From NCBI GenBank assembly GCA_028282585.1, contig JANQHR010000028.1, positions 1 through 64,000 on the forward strand: 64,000 nucleotides of DNA, written 5' to 3'. Origin of the DNA: Bacteroidales bacterium (lineage in GTDB: Bacteria > Bacteroidota > Bacteroidia > Bacteroidales > UBA12077). The notes below the pieces were generated by a model. That model did not search any database and was not told the DNA's origin. It saw nothing but the letters and a program-made list of their open reading frames with translations. The translations under genes were made by a program, and so were the position numbers. Below are positions 18,984 through 28,883 of the stretch, piece by piece; position 1 is the stretch's first letter, and the number at the start of each line of letters is the position of its first letter.

Positions 18984-21713
18984 TTAACTAACAAATTTTT
19001 CAACCCGGCATGCTGTCAATTTAAAAGCTGCAATTTTTGAGAACGGATCCAGGTCACCTCTTGTTAGCCTGTTTACAGGCGCCTCTGAATAGTGCCAGGG
19101 CATAAATAATTCTCCCTCCGCAACCTGATCGCTGGCTTGCAAGGCTGTCACTAGTTCTCCTTGTTTAGAAGTTAACTTAACTTTATCACCATCAGTTAAA
19201 TCAAATTTTATAACATCACCGGGATTCATTAAAACATACGATTCATTTGCAAAATCAGTTAACGATTTATTCCTTCTGGACATTGTTGAAGTATGGTAAT
19301 GATACAAAATACGTCCACTATTTAATATAAATGGAAACTCTTTTGAAGTTTGTTCAGATTGAGGAATATACTCAACCGGATTTAAAATTCCCTTTCCATT
19401 TGGAGTATTAAACTTTTCCAGGAACAAAGTGCTTGTTCCAGAATGATTCTTGTCAGGGCATGGCCATTGAATTCCTTGATGTTCAATTCTATCATAAGAA
19501 ATCCCTGCCATTATAGGTGCAGCTTGTGCAATCTCATCGAATATTTCTGACTCAGTATTATAATCTCCCAAACTATACCCCATCTTTTCAGCAATATCAA
19601 CAATAATTTTCCAGTCATCACGTGCTTCTCCCGGAGATTCGACAGCTTTACGAACCCGGATAACCCGCCTGTCACTATTTACAAAAGTTCCTTCTTTCTC
19701 TGCAAACGAAGCTGCCGGTAAAATTACATCAGCAAAAGGAGTAGTTTCTGTATGGAAAATATCCTGTATTACCAGAAAATCAAGTTTGTTTAAAGCTTTT
19801 TCGGTATGATTCAAATCCGGATCTGTAAGCATGGGATTCTCTCCCATAATATACATTCCTTTTATTTTTTCGTCATATGCTGCATTCATTATTTCTACGG
19901 TCGTTAATCCTGGTTTACCGGAAAGAGCTTCAAAATCAACACTCCATAACTTAGCTATACGTTTCCTGTTTTTTTCATTGGTAATTGGAATATAACCCGG
20001 GTAGATTATTGGAGAACAGCCAACATCTGTTGCTCCCTGAACATTGTTTTGCCCTCGAGGTGGGTCAATTCCGGCTCTCTCCTTACCTATCTGCCCTGTA
20101 ATCATCATCATATTAATTAACGAGAAGACATTATTTGTTCCGGTTACTTGCTGACTCAATCCCATACCTGTTGCAATCATTGCAGTTTTTGCCCTAGCAT
20201 ACATTCGTGCAGCTTCTATGATTTTTTCTTTTGGAACAGAAGTAATTTCCTCGGTCTTTTCAGGTGTATACTTTTCAACCAGTTGCTTTAACTCTTCGTA
20301 TGCTTCCATTCCCCGATCAACACGTTTTTCAATAAAATCAGGATCGATTAAATCTTCCTTAATTATTGCATGAATCATTCCATTTAATAAAGCAACATCT
20401 GTTCCTAAACGAGGTTGTAACCATATATCTGCATATTTCACCAAAGGTGTCCATTTAGGGTCGCACACAATTATTTTCTTACCGGCATATTTCCCATTTT
20501 TAACATAAGTTGCTGTCACAGGATGTGTTTCAATTATGTTGTTTCCTGTTACGAATAAACAATCTGTTGTTGCAAAATCTTCTATTGAATTACTTCCGGC
20601 TCCATCTCCAATTGATTTCAGCATAGCTGTTACCGTTGAAGCATGGCAAAGGCGAGTACAATAATCAATGTTATTGGTTCCAAATACCACACGAATGAAT
20701 TTTTGGAATAAATAATTATCTTCATTCGTACATTTAGCTGAAGAATATCCCGCTAATGCATCATGACCATATTTCTCTTTTATTTCTGTAAATTTAGTAG
20801 CTATTAAATCTAAAGCCTCATCCCAGCTTGCCTCAACAAATTTTCCATCCCTCTTGATAAGGGGAGTTGTTAGCCTTTCTTTGCTATGAACATAATCGTA
20901 TCCAAAACGCCCTTTTACACATAACCTTCCATCATTTGGCAATACTCCTTCAACTCCATCGGAACGTACTATCTTACCATCTTGCACTGTTAACTCAAGT
21001 TGGCAACCGACACCACAATAAGGGCAGGTTGTTACAACTTTCTTCTCCAAATTCTCTAATTGAATTTCATCTCTATGAGGCTTTTCAACCAGAGCTCCTG
21101 TAGGGCACAACTGAATACATTCACCACAACCGTCGCATTCTGATTCGTTCCATTGATCAAATCCAGCTATGATATAAGATGTTATCCCACGTTCCGAAAA
21201 AGATAATACATTCTTTCCTTGTACCTCATCACAACCTTTAATACAACGAAAACACTTAATACATTTTGATGCATCGTACGTTAAAACCGGTGAGCTGTCG
21301 TCAATTTTATAATTCAAAGTTTTGCTTATATTGGGATATTTTCTGTTTTCATGTTTATCCAAACCATAATGAATTAACCATTCTCTGAACTCATCATGAT
21401 ATGTTCCATCATAATGATCGTTATGTTCGGCCAGTAAATAATCCAAAATATGTTTACGAGTTTCTTCTATTTCCTCATCAAACGCAATTATTTCCATTCC
21501 CTCTTTTACACTTACCGTACAAGACATTACTAATCCGTTTGTTCCCTTTATTTTGGTGACACATAACCTACATGCACCTGTTGGAGTTAACTTTTTATGA
21601 TAACACAGACTCGGAATTTTAATCCCACTGTCATGAGCCACCTGTAATAAATTTGCTCCTTCATTGGCCTGGATATTTTTTCCGTCGATTTTAATATTTA
21701 TTAATCTACTCAT
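18984..21713 (-). CDS. fdhF: Mo/W-bisPGD formate dehydrogenase alpha subunit 2 (Cys ligand)
   Basis: N-terminal 2Fe-2S and 2x4Fe-4S domains, CPYCGVGC, active-site CTRLCH, RGQNNVQG. Confidence 0.9.
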   Translation of the reverse strand: MSRLINIKIDGKNIQANEGANLLQVAHDSGIKIPSLCYHKKLTPTGACRLCVTKIKGTNGLVMSCTVSVKEGMEIIAFDEEIEETRKHILDYLLAEHNDHYDGTYHDEFREWLIHYGLDKHENRKYPNISKTLNYKIDDSSPVLTYDASKCIKCFRCIKGCDEVQGKNVLSFSERGITSYIIAGFDQWNESECDGCGECIQLCPTGALVEKPHRDEIQLENLEKKVVTTCPYCGVGCQLELTVQDGKIVRSDGVEGVLPNDGRLCVKGRFGYDYVHSKERLTTPLIKRDGKFVEASWDEALDLIATKFTEIKEKYGHDALAGYSSAKCTNEDNYLFQKFIRVVFGTNNIDYCTRLCHASTVTAMLKSIGDGAGSNSIEDFATTDCLFVTGNNIIETHPVTATYVKNGKYAGKKIIVCDPKWTPLVKYADIWLQPRLGTDVALLNGMIHAIIKEDLIDPDFIEKRVDRGMEAYEELKQLVEKYTPEKTEEITSVPKEKIIEAARMYARAKTAMIATGMGLSQQVTGTNNVFSLINMMMITGQIGKERAGIDPPRGQNNVQGATDVGCSPIIYPGYIPITNEKNRKRIAKLWSVDFEALSGKPGLTTVEIMNAAYDEKIKGMYIMGENPMLTDPDLNHTEKALNKLDFLVIQDIFHTETTPFADVILPAASFAEKEGTFVNSDRRVIRVRKAVESPGEARDDWKIIVDIAEKMGYSLGDYNTESEIFDEIAQAAPIMAGISYDRIEHQGIQWPCPDKNHSGTSTLFLEKFNTPNGKGILNPVEYIPQSEQTSKEFPFILNSGRILYHYHTSTMSRRNKSLTDFANESYVLMNPGDVIKFDLTDGDKVKLTSKQGELVTALQASDQVAEGELFMPWHYSEAPVNRLTRGDLDPFSKIAAFKLTACRVEKFVS

Positions 21714-21718
21714 AACTT

Positions 21719-22960
21719 CTAAAACTCGTTTTCGAAATATTGTTTTAAACTTTTAATTGGAAGAATTGGGGATTGCCCTAATGGACATAAAGAGCTTTTT
21801 GCCATGAACTCTGATTCATACAAAAGTAAATCCAATGCTTCAACTCTTCCTATTTTGTTATTCTTTAAATTTTCCATTATATGCAATAATTGGGGCATTC
21901 CTATTCTACAAGGCACGCATTTACCGCAGGATTCATGCTTAAAGAATTCCAATATAGAATTTGTAATATCGAATAGTGATCTGCCTTCGGACATAACCAT
22001 AATAGCTCCTGAACCCAAAACAGCTCCTTTTTCCTTCAAGGTATCAAATCCCATTGGGGTATCTAAAACAGATTCATTTACAAAGGTTCCTGCTGCTCCT
22101 CCAAGAATAGCCGCATAAAACTTTTTACCATCTTTAATTCCTCCACCTAATTCATAAATAAGTTGTCTTAGAGTAACTCCCATTTCAACCTCAAAATAAC
22201 CTGGGTTATTAATATCTCCGCTAATTGTAAATATTTTAGTACCGGGAGAATCTTCAGTACCCAAGCTCGTATACCATTCAGGTCCGTTATAAATTATCGC
22301 AGGTATTGTAGCCAAAGTTTCCACATTATTTATCAAAGTAGGTTTACCATTTAATCCCTTTTCTGCCGGAAAAGGTGGTTTAATTCTAGGATAACCACGT
22401 TTACCTTCAAGTGATTCAAGCAAAGTAAGTTCTTCGCCACAAAGATAGGAGCCAGCTCCTAATTTTATCTCTACATCAACCGAAAAGGCAGACCCAAAAA
22501 CATTTTTTCCAATAATTCCTTTTTCCTTGGCTGCAGAAATAGCTTTATTTATACGGTCGATGGACTTGTAATATTCGCCTCTGATATAAACATAAGCTTT
22601 TGATGCACCAATAGCATAAGCTGCGATAAGCATACCTTCAAGCATCAGGTGTGGATCGTTTTCCATTATTATCCTGTCTTTAAAAGTACCTGGTTCACCT
22701 TCATCAGCATTACAGATTAAGTACTTTTGTTCACAACGAAGACATGCTTCACTAGTAAACTTTTCTTTTAAACCTGCAGAAAAACCGGCCCCACCTCGGC
22801 CACGAAGGCTCGATTTTACCATTTCATCAATAATTTCAATATGATGCAGTCCAACAGCTTTTTCAAATGCTTTATATCCTCCCTCATTAATGTAATCATC
22901 AATGCTTTCAGGATTTATCTTTCCCAGATTTTTAAGGGTTATTCTTTTTTCTTGTATCAC
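21719..22960 (-). CDS. NuoF/HoxF-like FMN/NAD(P)H subunit, short form
   Basis: LRGRGGAGF, ADEGEPGTFKDR, ESCGKCVPCR; no C-terminal ferredoxin domain. Confidence 0.9.
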   Translation of the reverse strand: MIQEKRITLKNLGKINPESIDDYINEGGYKAFEKAVGLHHIEIIDEMVKSSLRGRGGAGFSAGLKEKFTSEACLRCEQKYLICNADEGEPGTFKDRIIMENDPHLMLEGMLIAAYAIGASKAYVYIRGEYYKSIDRINKAISAAKEKGIIGKNVFGSAFSVDVEIKLGAGSYLCGEELTLLESLEGKRGYPRIKPPFPAEKGLNGKPTLINNVETLATIPAIIYNGPEWYTSLGTEDSPGTKIFTISGDINNPGYFEVEMGVTLRQLIYELGGGIKDGKKFYAAILGGAAGTFVNESVLDTPMGFDTLKEKGAVLGSGAIMVMSEGRSLFDITNSILEFFKHESCGKCVPCRIGMPQLLHIMENLKNNKIGRVEALDLLLYESEFMAKSSLCPLGQSPILPIKSLKQYFENEF

Positions 22961-22969
22961 TTTATATAG

Positions 22970-23419
22970 TTAATTATAATTATCGAAAATTGATTTAAAA
23001 TCTACATTATCCAAATTCCCAACAACATCTTCATTTATCATCATGCCCGGAGCCTCCTCACATTTTCCAAGACATTCCGATAATTCTAACGTAAATCGCA
23101 TATCGTCTGTTGTTTCTCCTACTTCAATTGATAAGTTTTTTTTAATTTCTTCAATAACCTTAGTAGAATTTTCCATATTACAAACCGGCGAATTACATAC
23201 TCTAATTATATACTTACCTCTGGGTTTTAAACTAAACATAGTGTAATAAGTTGCTACTCCATATATATGACTGTATGTGGTATTCAAGTAACTTGCAGCT
23301 ATTTTCAAATCTTCTTCGCTTAAATAGTTTTGAGAATTATTGTTCTGCAAAGCATGTAAAATATTAAGCATATTTTCATGGTCAGGTTTAAATTGTTTTA
23401 GAACTTCCGATCTTTCCAT
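22970..23419 (-). CDS. NuoE-like 2Fe-2S subunit
   Basis: CNSPVC and CLGKC motifs. Confidence 0.9.
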   Translation of the reverse strand: MERSEVLKQFKPDHENMLNILHALQNNNSQNYLSEEDLKIAASYLNTTYSHIYGVATYYTMFSLKPRGKYIIRVCNSPVCNMENSTKVIEEIKKNLSIEVGETTDDMRFTLELSECLGKCEEAPGMMINEDVVGNLDNVDFKSIFDNYN

Positions 23420-23427
23420 TATTTCTT

Positions 23428-26118
23428 TTACTTTATGTTATGGTCTGTCTTTTCAATCTTTATTGCACATACTTTTGTCTCAGGTATTTTAGATACCGGA
23501 TCAATTGCACATATGGTTAATTCATTTGTTGGTGTCTCATGAAAATGAAAGGTTAATGATACTACACCTTTAGGACAAATTTCAGTAATATTTGTTTTTA
23601 CTCTTACTGCTCCCCTTCGCGATTTTACAGTTACTAGTTCCTCATTTTTTAGATTCAGTTTGTCAGCATCTCTAGGATTAATTAAAAGAAGTTCCTCTTC
23701 ATTCAATAATTCAAGTCCTTTTACTCGTCTTGACATGGTAGACGTATGAAAATGATAAAGGCTTCTATCTGTAGTTAGAATTAGAGGATATTCTTTGTCT
23801 GGCAGCTCTGCGGAAGCCTTATATGAAATAGGGAAAAATCGTCCTTTCCCACCGGGTCTTGAGAATTTGTCCTTATGAAGGAACTTTGTTCCCGGGTGAT
23901 TTTTATCTAAGCAAGGCCACTGTAATCCCAATTCTTCAATTCTATTATACTTTATTCCTCCATAAATTGGAGCTACTTCATTAATCTCATCCATTATTTC
24001 CTCTGCAGAATTAAATTCAAAACCGGTTGCTCCTAATTTTTTAGCAATCCCACAAGTTATCTGCCAATCGTCTCGCGCTTCTCCCGGTGGATCAACTAAT
24101 TTTCTTACTCTCTGAACTCTTCTTTCGGTATTGGTAAAAGTACCTTCTTTTTCCGCAAAAGATGTAGCCGGTAGAATAACATCGGCATATTTAGCGGTTT
24201 CCGTAAAAAAGATATCCTGAACTACAAAAAAATCAAGTTTATCAAGTACTTTCTTCACATGATTAGCATCTGCTTCGCTTAACACCGGATTTTCACCCAC
24301 CTGGTATAACGATTTTATTTGTCCTTTTTCTATCTGATCAAATATTTCGGTATGAGTTAATCCAATATCGGCATTTAACTCAACATCCCAATATTTTTCA
24401 AATTTCTCTTGTATTTCCGGAACAGTTACTTTTTGATATCCAGGATATACATTTGGTAAGGCTCCCATGTCACATGCTCCCTGGACATTATTTTGTCCTC
24501 TTAAAGGATTTACTCCTGATGATTCTTTTCCCACACTACCGGTAAGTTGAGCCAGATTACTTATTGCTAAAACATTATCGGTACCATGTGAATGTTGTGT
24601 GATTCCCATAGCGAATATTAATGACGATGGTTTGTTAGTTGCATACAATCTGGCAGCTTCGACAATCTTTTCTTTAGGAACTCTGGTTATTTTTTCGCAT
24701 GTATCAAGGTCAAATTTATTCAGCGACTCAATAAAATCATCATAATCTTCACATCTGTTTTTTATAAACCCGGAATCTTCAAGTTTTTCATCTACAATAA
24801 CTTTCATCATTCCCATAAGCAATACTACATCTGTACCTGGTAACTGTTGTAAATGAATATCAGCAAATCGGCAAAGGTCAATTTCTTTAGGATTAGCAAC
24901 AATGATTTTCGCACCACGCCTCTTAGCTTCTTTGATATGTAATCCGATTATTGGATGAGCAGCAGTGGTATTTGAACCAATCGAAAAAATAGTAGCTGCA
25001 TTTGTAAATTCATCAATTGAATTGGTCATAGCTCCGCTGCCAAAACTTTGCACTAGTCCTGCAACAGTAGGTGCATGACATAAACGAGCACAATGGTCAA
25101 CCGTATTTGTACCCATTACCGCTCTGGTAAATTTCTGAATTACATAATTATCTTCGTTTGGTACTTTAGCTGATGATAAAGTAGCAAATTTATCTCCTTT
25201 CGAACTTGCAAACTTTTTAGCAACTAAATCCAATGCTTCTTCCCAATCTGCTTCTGTAAACTCTCCGTTTTTCTTTATAAGTGGTTTGGTGAGCCGTTCC
25301 GGATGGTTAACAAAGTTGAACCCAAAGCGTCCTTTTACACAAAGCCTTCCCTTATTAACAATGCTATCTCTATCGCCTCTTGCACTTACTAATTTATTAT
25401 CCCGAATACCGAAGTATATATTACAGCCTACACCACAATATACGCAAACTGATTTAACTTCGCGTGTTGGTAATTTTTCATCTTTGGGATATAAAGCACC
25501 AACCGGACACCTAACAACGCATTCTCCGCATGATTCACAAACCGATTCTTTAATTGATCGATTTCCAAAAGTACTTACCACTGTCTCAAATCCCCTGTAA
25601 CCATAGTCCAATGCATTTGTTCCTTGAACTTCATTACATGTTCGTATACAGATACCGCACGTAATGCATTTATTATGGTCAAGCGTAAAAAAAGGATTGG
25701 ATTCATCTTTTTCAATAAGAGGTTTTGTACGCCGCAAACTATTCAATCTTTTTTCATTAACGCCTACATATGCCGTTACCTCCTGTAATTTACATTGATT
25801 ATTATTATGACAATTTGTACAATCTTGTATATGGTTTGAGTGAATTAATTCAAGAGTTGTTTGTCTGATCAATGATATATCCTGGCTTTCTGTCCTTATA
25901 ATCATATTATCCTCAACGGGAGTTTTGCAAGCAATAATTTGCCCCCGCCTACCCTCAACTTCAACCATACACATTCTGCAATTACCTGTTGGAATAAGGT
26001 CCGGATGATGGCAAAGGTTTGGAATATAAATACCATTCTCTGTTGCAACATCAAGAATAGTTTTTCCGCTTTTTGCAATTAAATTTAAGCCATCGATTAT
26101 TACGTTAACCTTTTCCAC
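23428..26118 (-). CDS. fdhF: Mo/W-bisPGD formate dehydrogenase alpha subunit 1 (Cys ligand)
   Basis: 2Fe-2S, HxxxCxxCx5C and 2x4Fe-4S motifs, CVYCGVGC, CARLCH (TGT codon), RGQNNVQG. Confidence 0.9.
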   Translation of the reverse strand: MEKVNVIIDGLNLIAKSGKTILDVATENGIYIPNLCHHPDLIPTGNCRMCMVEVEGRRGQIIACKTPVEDNMIIRTESQDISLIRQTTLELIHSNHIQDCTNCHNNNQCKLQEVTAYVGVNEKRLNSLRRTKPLIEKDESNPFFTLDHNKCITCGICIRTCNEVQGTNALDYGYRGFETVVSTFGNRSIKESVCESCGECVVRCPVGALYPKDEKLPTREVKSVCVYCGVGCNIYFGIRDNKLVSARGDRDSIVNKGRLCVKGRFGFNFVNHPERLTKPLIKKNGEFTEADWEEALDLVAKKFASSKGDKFATLSSAKVPNEDNYVIQKFTRAVMGTNTVDHCARLCHAPTVAGLVQSFGSGAMTNSIDEFTNAATIFSIGSNTTAAHPIIGLHIKEAKRRGAKIIVANPKEIDLCRFADIHLQQLPGTDVVLLMGMMKVIVDEKLEDSGFIKNRCEDYDDFIESLNKFDLDTCEKITRVPKEKIVEAARLYATNKPSSLIFAMGITQHSHGTDNVLAISNLAQLTGSVGKESSGVNPLRGQNNVQGACDMGALPNVYPGYQKVTVPEIQEKFEKYWDVELNADIGLTHTEIFDQIEKGQIKSLYQVGENPVLSEADANHVKKVLDKLDFFVVQDIFFTETAKYADVILPATSFAEKEGTFTNTERRVQRVRKLVDPPGEARDDWQITCGIAKKLGATGFEFNSAEEIMDEINEVAPIYGGIKYNRIEELGLQWPCLDKNHPGTKFLHKDKFSRPGGKGRFFPISYKASAELPDKEYPLILTTDRSLYHFHTSTMSRRVKGLELLNEEELLLINPRDADKLNLKNEELVTVKSRRGAVRVKTNITEICPKGVVSLTFHFHETPTNELTICAIDPVSKIPETKVCAIKIEKTDHNIK

Positions 26119-26120
26119 AA

Positions 26121-28004
26121 TTAATCCTCCGCAATTTTATTTCCGGGATAAACCTCAATTGCACTAAATTTATCAGGGCATTTATCCATACACATTCCAC
26201 ATTTTATACATAGCGATTGGTCTATTTTATGCAGCTTTTTTGGATAACCGCTGATTGCAGAAACCGGGCATACCTTAAAACAAATATGGCAACCCGTACA
26301 CTTATCAGGTAAAATATCGTAATAAATAAGATCCTTGCAAACTTTAGACGGGCATCTCTTATTTTGAATATGTTCTATATATTCATCCTTAAAATATTGA
26401 ATCGTTGTTAACAGAGGATTAGGAGCAGTTTGCCCTAAACCACACAAAGATCCATTTTTGATACCTTTTCCTAAATCCTCCAACAAGTCCAAATCTTCCA
26501 TTGTTCCTTTACCTGAAACAATGTCTTCCAATATATCAAGCATTTGTTTGGTTCCTAACCTACATGGAGTGCATTCCCCACAAGATTCTTTATGCGCAAA
26601 ATCAATAAAATATTTTGCCACATCCACCATACAATTTTCTTCATCCATCACAACCAAACCTCCGGATCCCATAATGGTTCCAGCCTCTGTCAGAGATTCA
26701 TAGTCAACTTTTAAATCTATCATGCTAGCTGGCACACAACCTCCCGAAGGACCACCTGTTTGTATAGCTTTCAGTTTTTTATCTGCACTTACACCTCCGC
26801 CAATTTCATAAATAATTTCCTTTAATGAAATTCCCAAAGGCACCTCAATCAAACCTGTATTTTTTACTTTTCCGACCAATGCAAATGTTTTGGTTCCCTT
26901 ACTTTTTTCTGTACCAAATTTTGAGAACCAACCAGGTTCATTTTGCAAAATTCTGGCAACAGATGCTAAAGTCTCAACATTATTAATAATAGTGGGTTTA
27001 CCCCATAAGCCTGATACTGCAGGAAATGGCGGCCTGGGGCGTGGCATTCCTCTTTTCCCCTCAATTGAAGCAATAAGAGCCGTTTCTTCACCACAAACAA
27101 AAGCTCCCGCTCCTTCTTTTATTTCAATTTTAAAGTCAAATCCCGAACTAAGTATATTTTCACCTAATAAATTATTTTGCTCTGCTTGAGAAATTGCCTG
27201 TCTTAATCTTTCAAGTGCTAAAGGATATTCTGCCCTGCAATATATATATCCGGTATTTGCTCCAATTGCATATGCTGCGATAATCATACCTTCAATTAAC
27301 GAATGAGGATCTCCTTCAATCAACGACCTATTCATAAAAGCACCAGGATCTCCTTCATCGGCATTACAAATTAAATATTTAGCATCGTTTTGCTGATCCT
27401 TACAAAACTGCCATTTCTTCCAGGTTGGAAAGCCAGCGCCACCTCTTCCTCTTAACCCGGATTCTTTAATCCTTTCAATTACCTCTTGTGAAGAAAGTTG
27501 AAAGGCTTCTTGTAAACCACTATATCCTTTTTTGGCCAGATAATGGTTTAAATTAGTTGGGTCAATTATTCCGCAGTTTTTGAGCACTAATCTTTCTTGT
27601 GGCTTTAAAACAGAGGTTTCCCATATGCCATTCAAATTATCTAATTTAGTATCACCAAGCGTTCCAATAATATTTTCATTTACAATTTCATTATTAATTA
27701 AATATGCATCAATTAGTTTTTCAGCATCATTTTCACTCACTTTACCATAAACAAAGTGTGGGTTACCAGGATTATAGATACTTACAATCGGTTCCAGATA
27801 ACACATACCAATGCACCCAACTTCAATAACTTTGCACTCAATATTTTTTGATGAAATCTTTGAGCTCAGCTTTTCTATTAAGGATGAAGCGCCAGCCGAC
27901 CTTCCACAAGTGGCATTACCAACCAAAATTGCCGGCACAGAACCATTTACTAAATCGTTCCATTCTGCTATCGCTTCTTTTTTTAATGAAATAAAATCCA
28001 TCAT
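26121..28004 (-). CDS. HydB/NuoF-like flavin subunit, long electron-bifurcating-type form
   Basis: N-terminal thioredoxin-like domain, ADEGDPGAFM, GGPSGG, H..KRCP..VC and C-terminal 2x[4Fe-4S]. Confidence 0.9.
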   Translation of the reverse strand: MMDFISLKKEAIAEWNDLVNGSVPAILVGNATCGRSAGASSLIEKLSSKISSKNIECKVIEVGCIGMCYLEPIVSIYNPGNPHFVYGKVSENDAEKLIDAYLINNEIVNENIIGTLGDTKLDNLNGIWETSVLKPQERLVLKNCGIIDPTNLNHYLAKKGYSGLQEAFQLSSQEVIERIKESGLRGRGGAGFPTWKKWQFCKDQQNDAKYLICNADEGDPGAFMNRSLIEGDPHSLIEGMIIAAYAIGANTGYIYCRAEYPLALERLRQAISQAEQNNLLGENILSSGFDFKIEIKEGAGAFVCGEETALIASIEGKRGMPRPRPPFPAVSGLWGKPTIINNVETLASVARILQNEPGWFSKFGTEKSKGTKTFALVGKVKNTGLIEVPLGISLKEIIYEIGGGVSADKKLKAIQTGGPSGGCVPASMIDLKVDYESLTEAGTIMGSGGLVVMDEENCMVDVAKYFIDFAHKESCGECTPCRLGTKQMLDILEDIVSGKGTMEDLDLLEDLGKGIKNGSLCGLGQTAPNPLLTTIQYFKDEYIEHIQNKRCPSKVCKDLIYYDILPDKCTGCHICFKVCPVSAISGYPKKLHKIDQSLCIKCGMCMDKCPDKFSAIEVYPGNKIAED

Positions 28005-28462
28005 TATTTTTTATCCTTTGATATAGAAAATATTTTCTCCACCTTCTTTGGTGTTAGATTTGCTTCTACAGTATCATTAACCATTGCACATGGAGCAAGG
28101 CTGCATGCGCCAATGCAGGCGACATTTTCAAGTGAATATTTTAAATCTTCAGATGTTTCTCCTACCTTAATTCCAATTTGATTTTCAACCTCTTCCTGGA
28201 TACGTGTAGCACCTTTAACATGACAAGCTGTTCCCCTGCACAACATAATATGTCTTTCTCCTTTTGGTGTAAACCTGAATTGAGTATAAAAAGTTGCTAC
28301 TCCATAAACCATACTAGCAGGAATCCGAATAAACCGGGATATTTCTTCCATAGATTCATCGGATAAAAATCCCAAATTTTCCTGTACTTTTTGAAGTAAC
28401 GGTATTAGTTCCTCTTCCTTACCCTCGAATGAAGAAAATGTTTCTTTCAACTTTTCATTCAT
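28004..28462 (-). CDS. NuoE/HydC-like 2Fe-2S subunit
   Basis: CRGTACHVKG and CIGACSLAP motifs. Confidence 0.92.
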   Translation of the reverse strand: MNEKLKETFSSFEGKEEELIPLLQKVQENLGFLSDESMEEISRFIRIPASMVYGVATFYTQFRFTPKGERHIMLCRGTACHVKGATRIQEEVENQIGIKVGETSEDLKYSLENVACIGACSLAPCAMVNDTVEANLTPKKVEKIFSISKDKK

Positions 28463-28619
28463 AAAAAAGTATTTAGGTATTTATATCTGATAAATTTAAA
28501 CTAAGTATCGAAATATATCAATATATGAGATTAATATAGACTGATTTTAATTTATATTAAACTAATTGAACACTTAGTTATATTTAGTGTTATAGCACTA
28601 TATTCTAAATAATAAAATT

Positions 28620-28808
28620 ATGCCTATTATAGAATTACTTATTTTATCAATCGTTTTATTATTCATTGCTGTGTTAGCTTTATCGGTACGGTTAATTTTT
28701 ACAAAAAAAGGAGAATTTAGAGGCGGTTCTTGTAAAAGCCGTCCAAATGAATTAAAAACGGAAGGAGTCGGTTGTGGTTGCGGTAGTGGTTGTGAAACAG
28801 TAAATTAA
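28620..28808 (+). CDS. Small single-TM protein with Cys-rich tail (NqrM-like architecture)
   Basis: Hydrophobic N-terminal helix, then GGSC...CGCGSGC; A-rich start context. Confidence 0.65.
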   Translation: MPIIELLILSIVLLFIAVLALSVRLIFTKKGEFRGGSCKSRPNELKTEGVGCGCGSGCETVN

Positions 28809-28883
28809 TTCCAATTTACTTATTTAGCGCTAGAAATCAAGAAGATATTTTGTATCTTGGAGTCAAACTATCAGTTATATTGT

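Noticed and set aside
25060-25100. Selenocysteine in the FDH active sites
   Set aside because: Both alpha subunits read through as Cys (TGT and TGC) with no in-frame TGA
18984-28462. Respiratory complex I or [FeFe]-hydrogenase operon
   Set aside because: No membrane Nuo subunits or H-cluster motifs; the large subunits carry FDH catalytic Cys-His and Arg motifs
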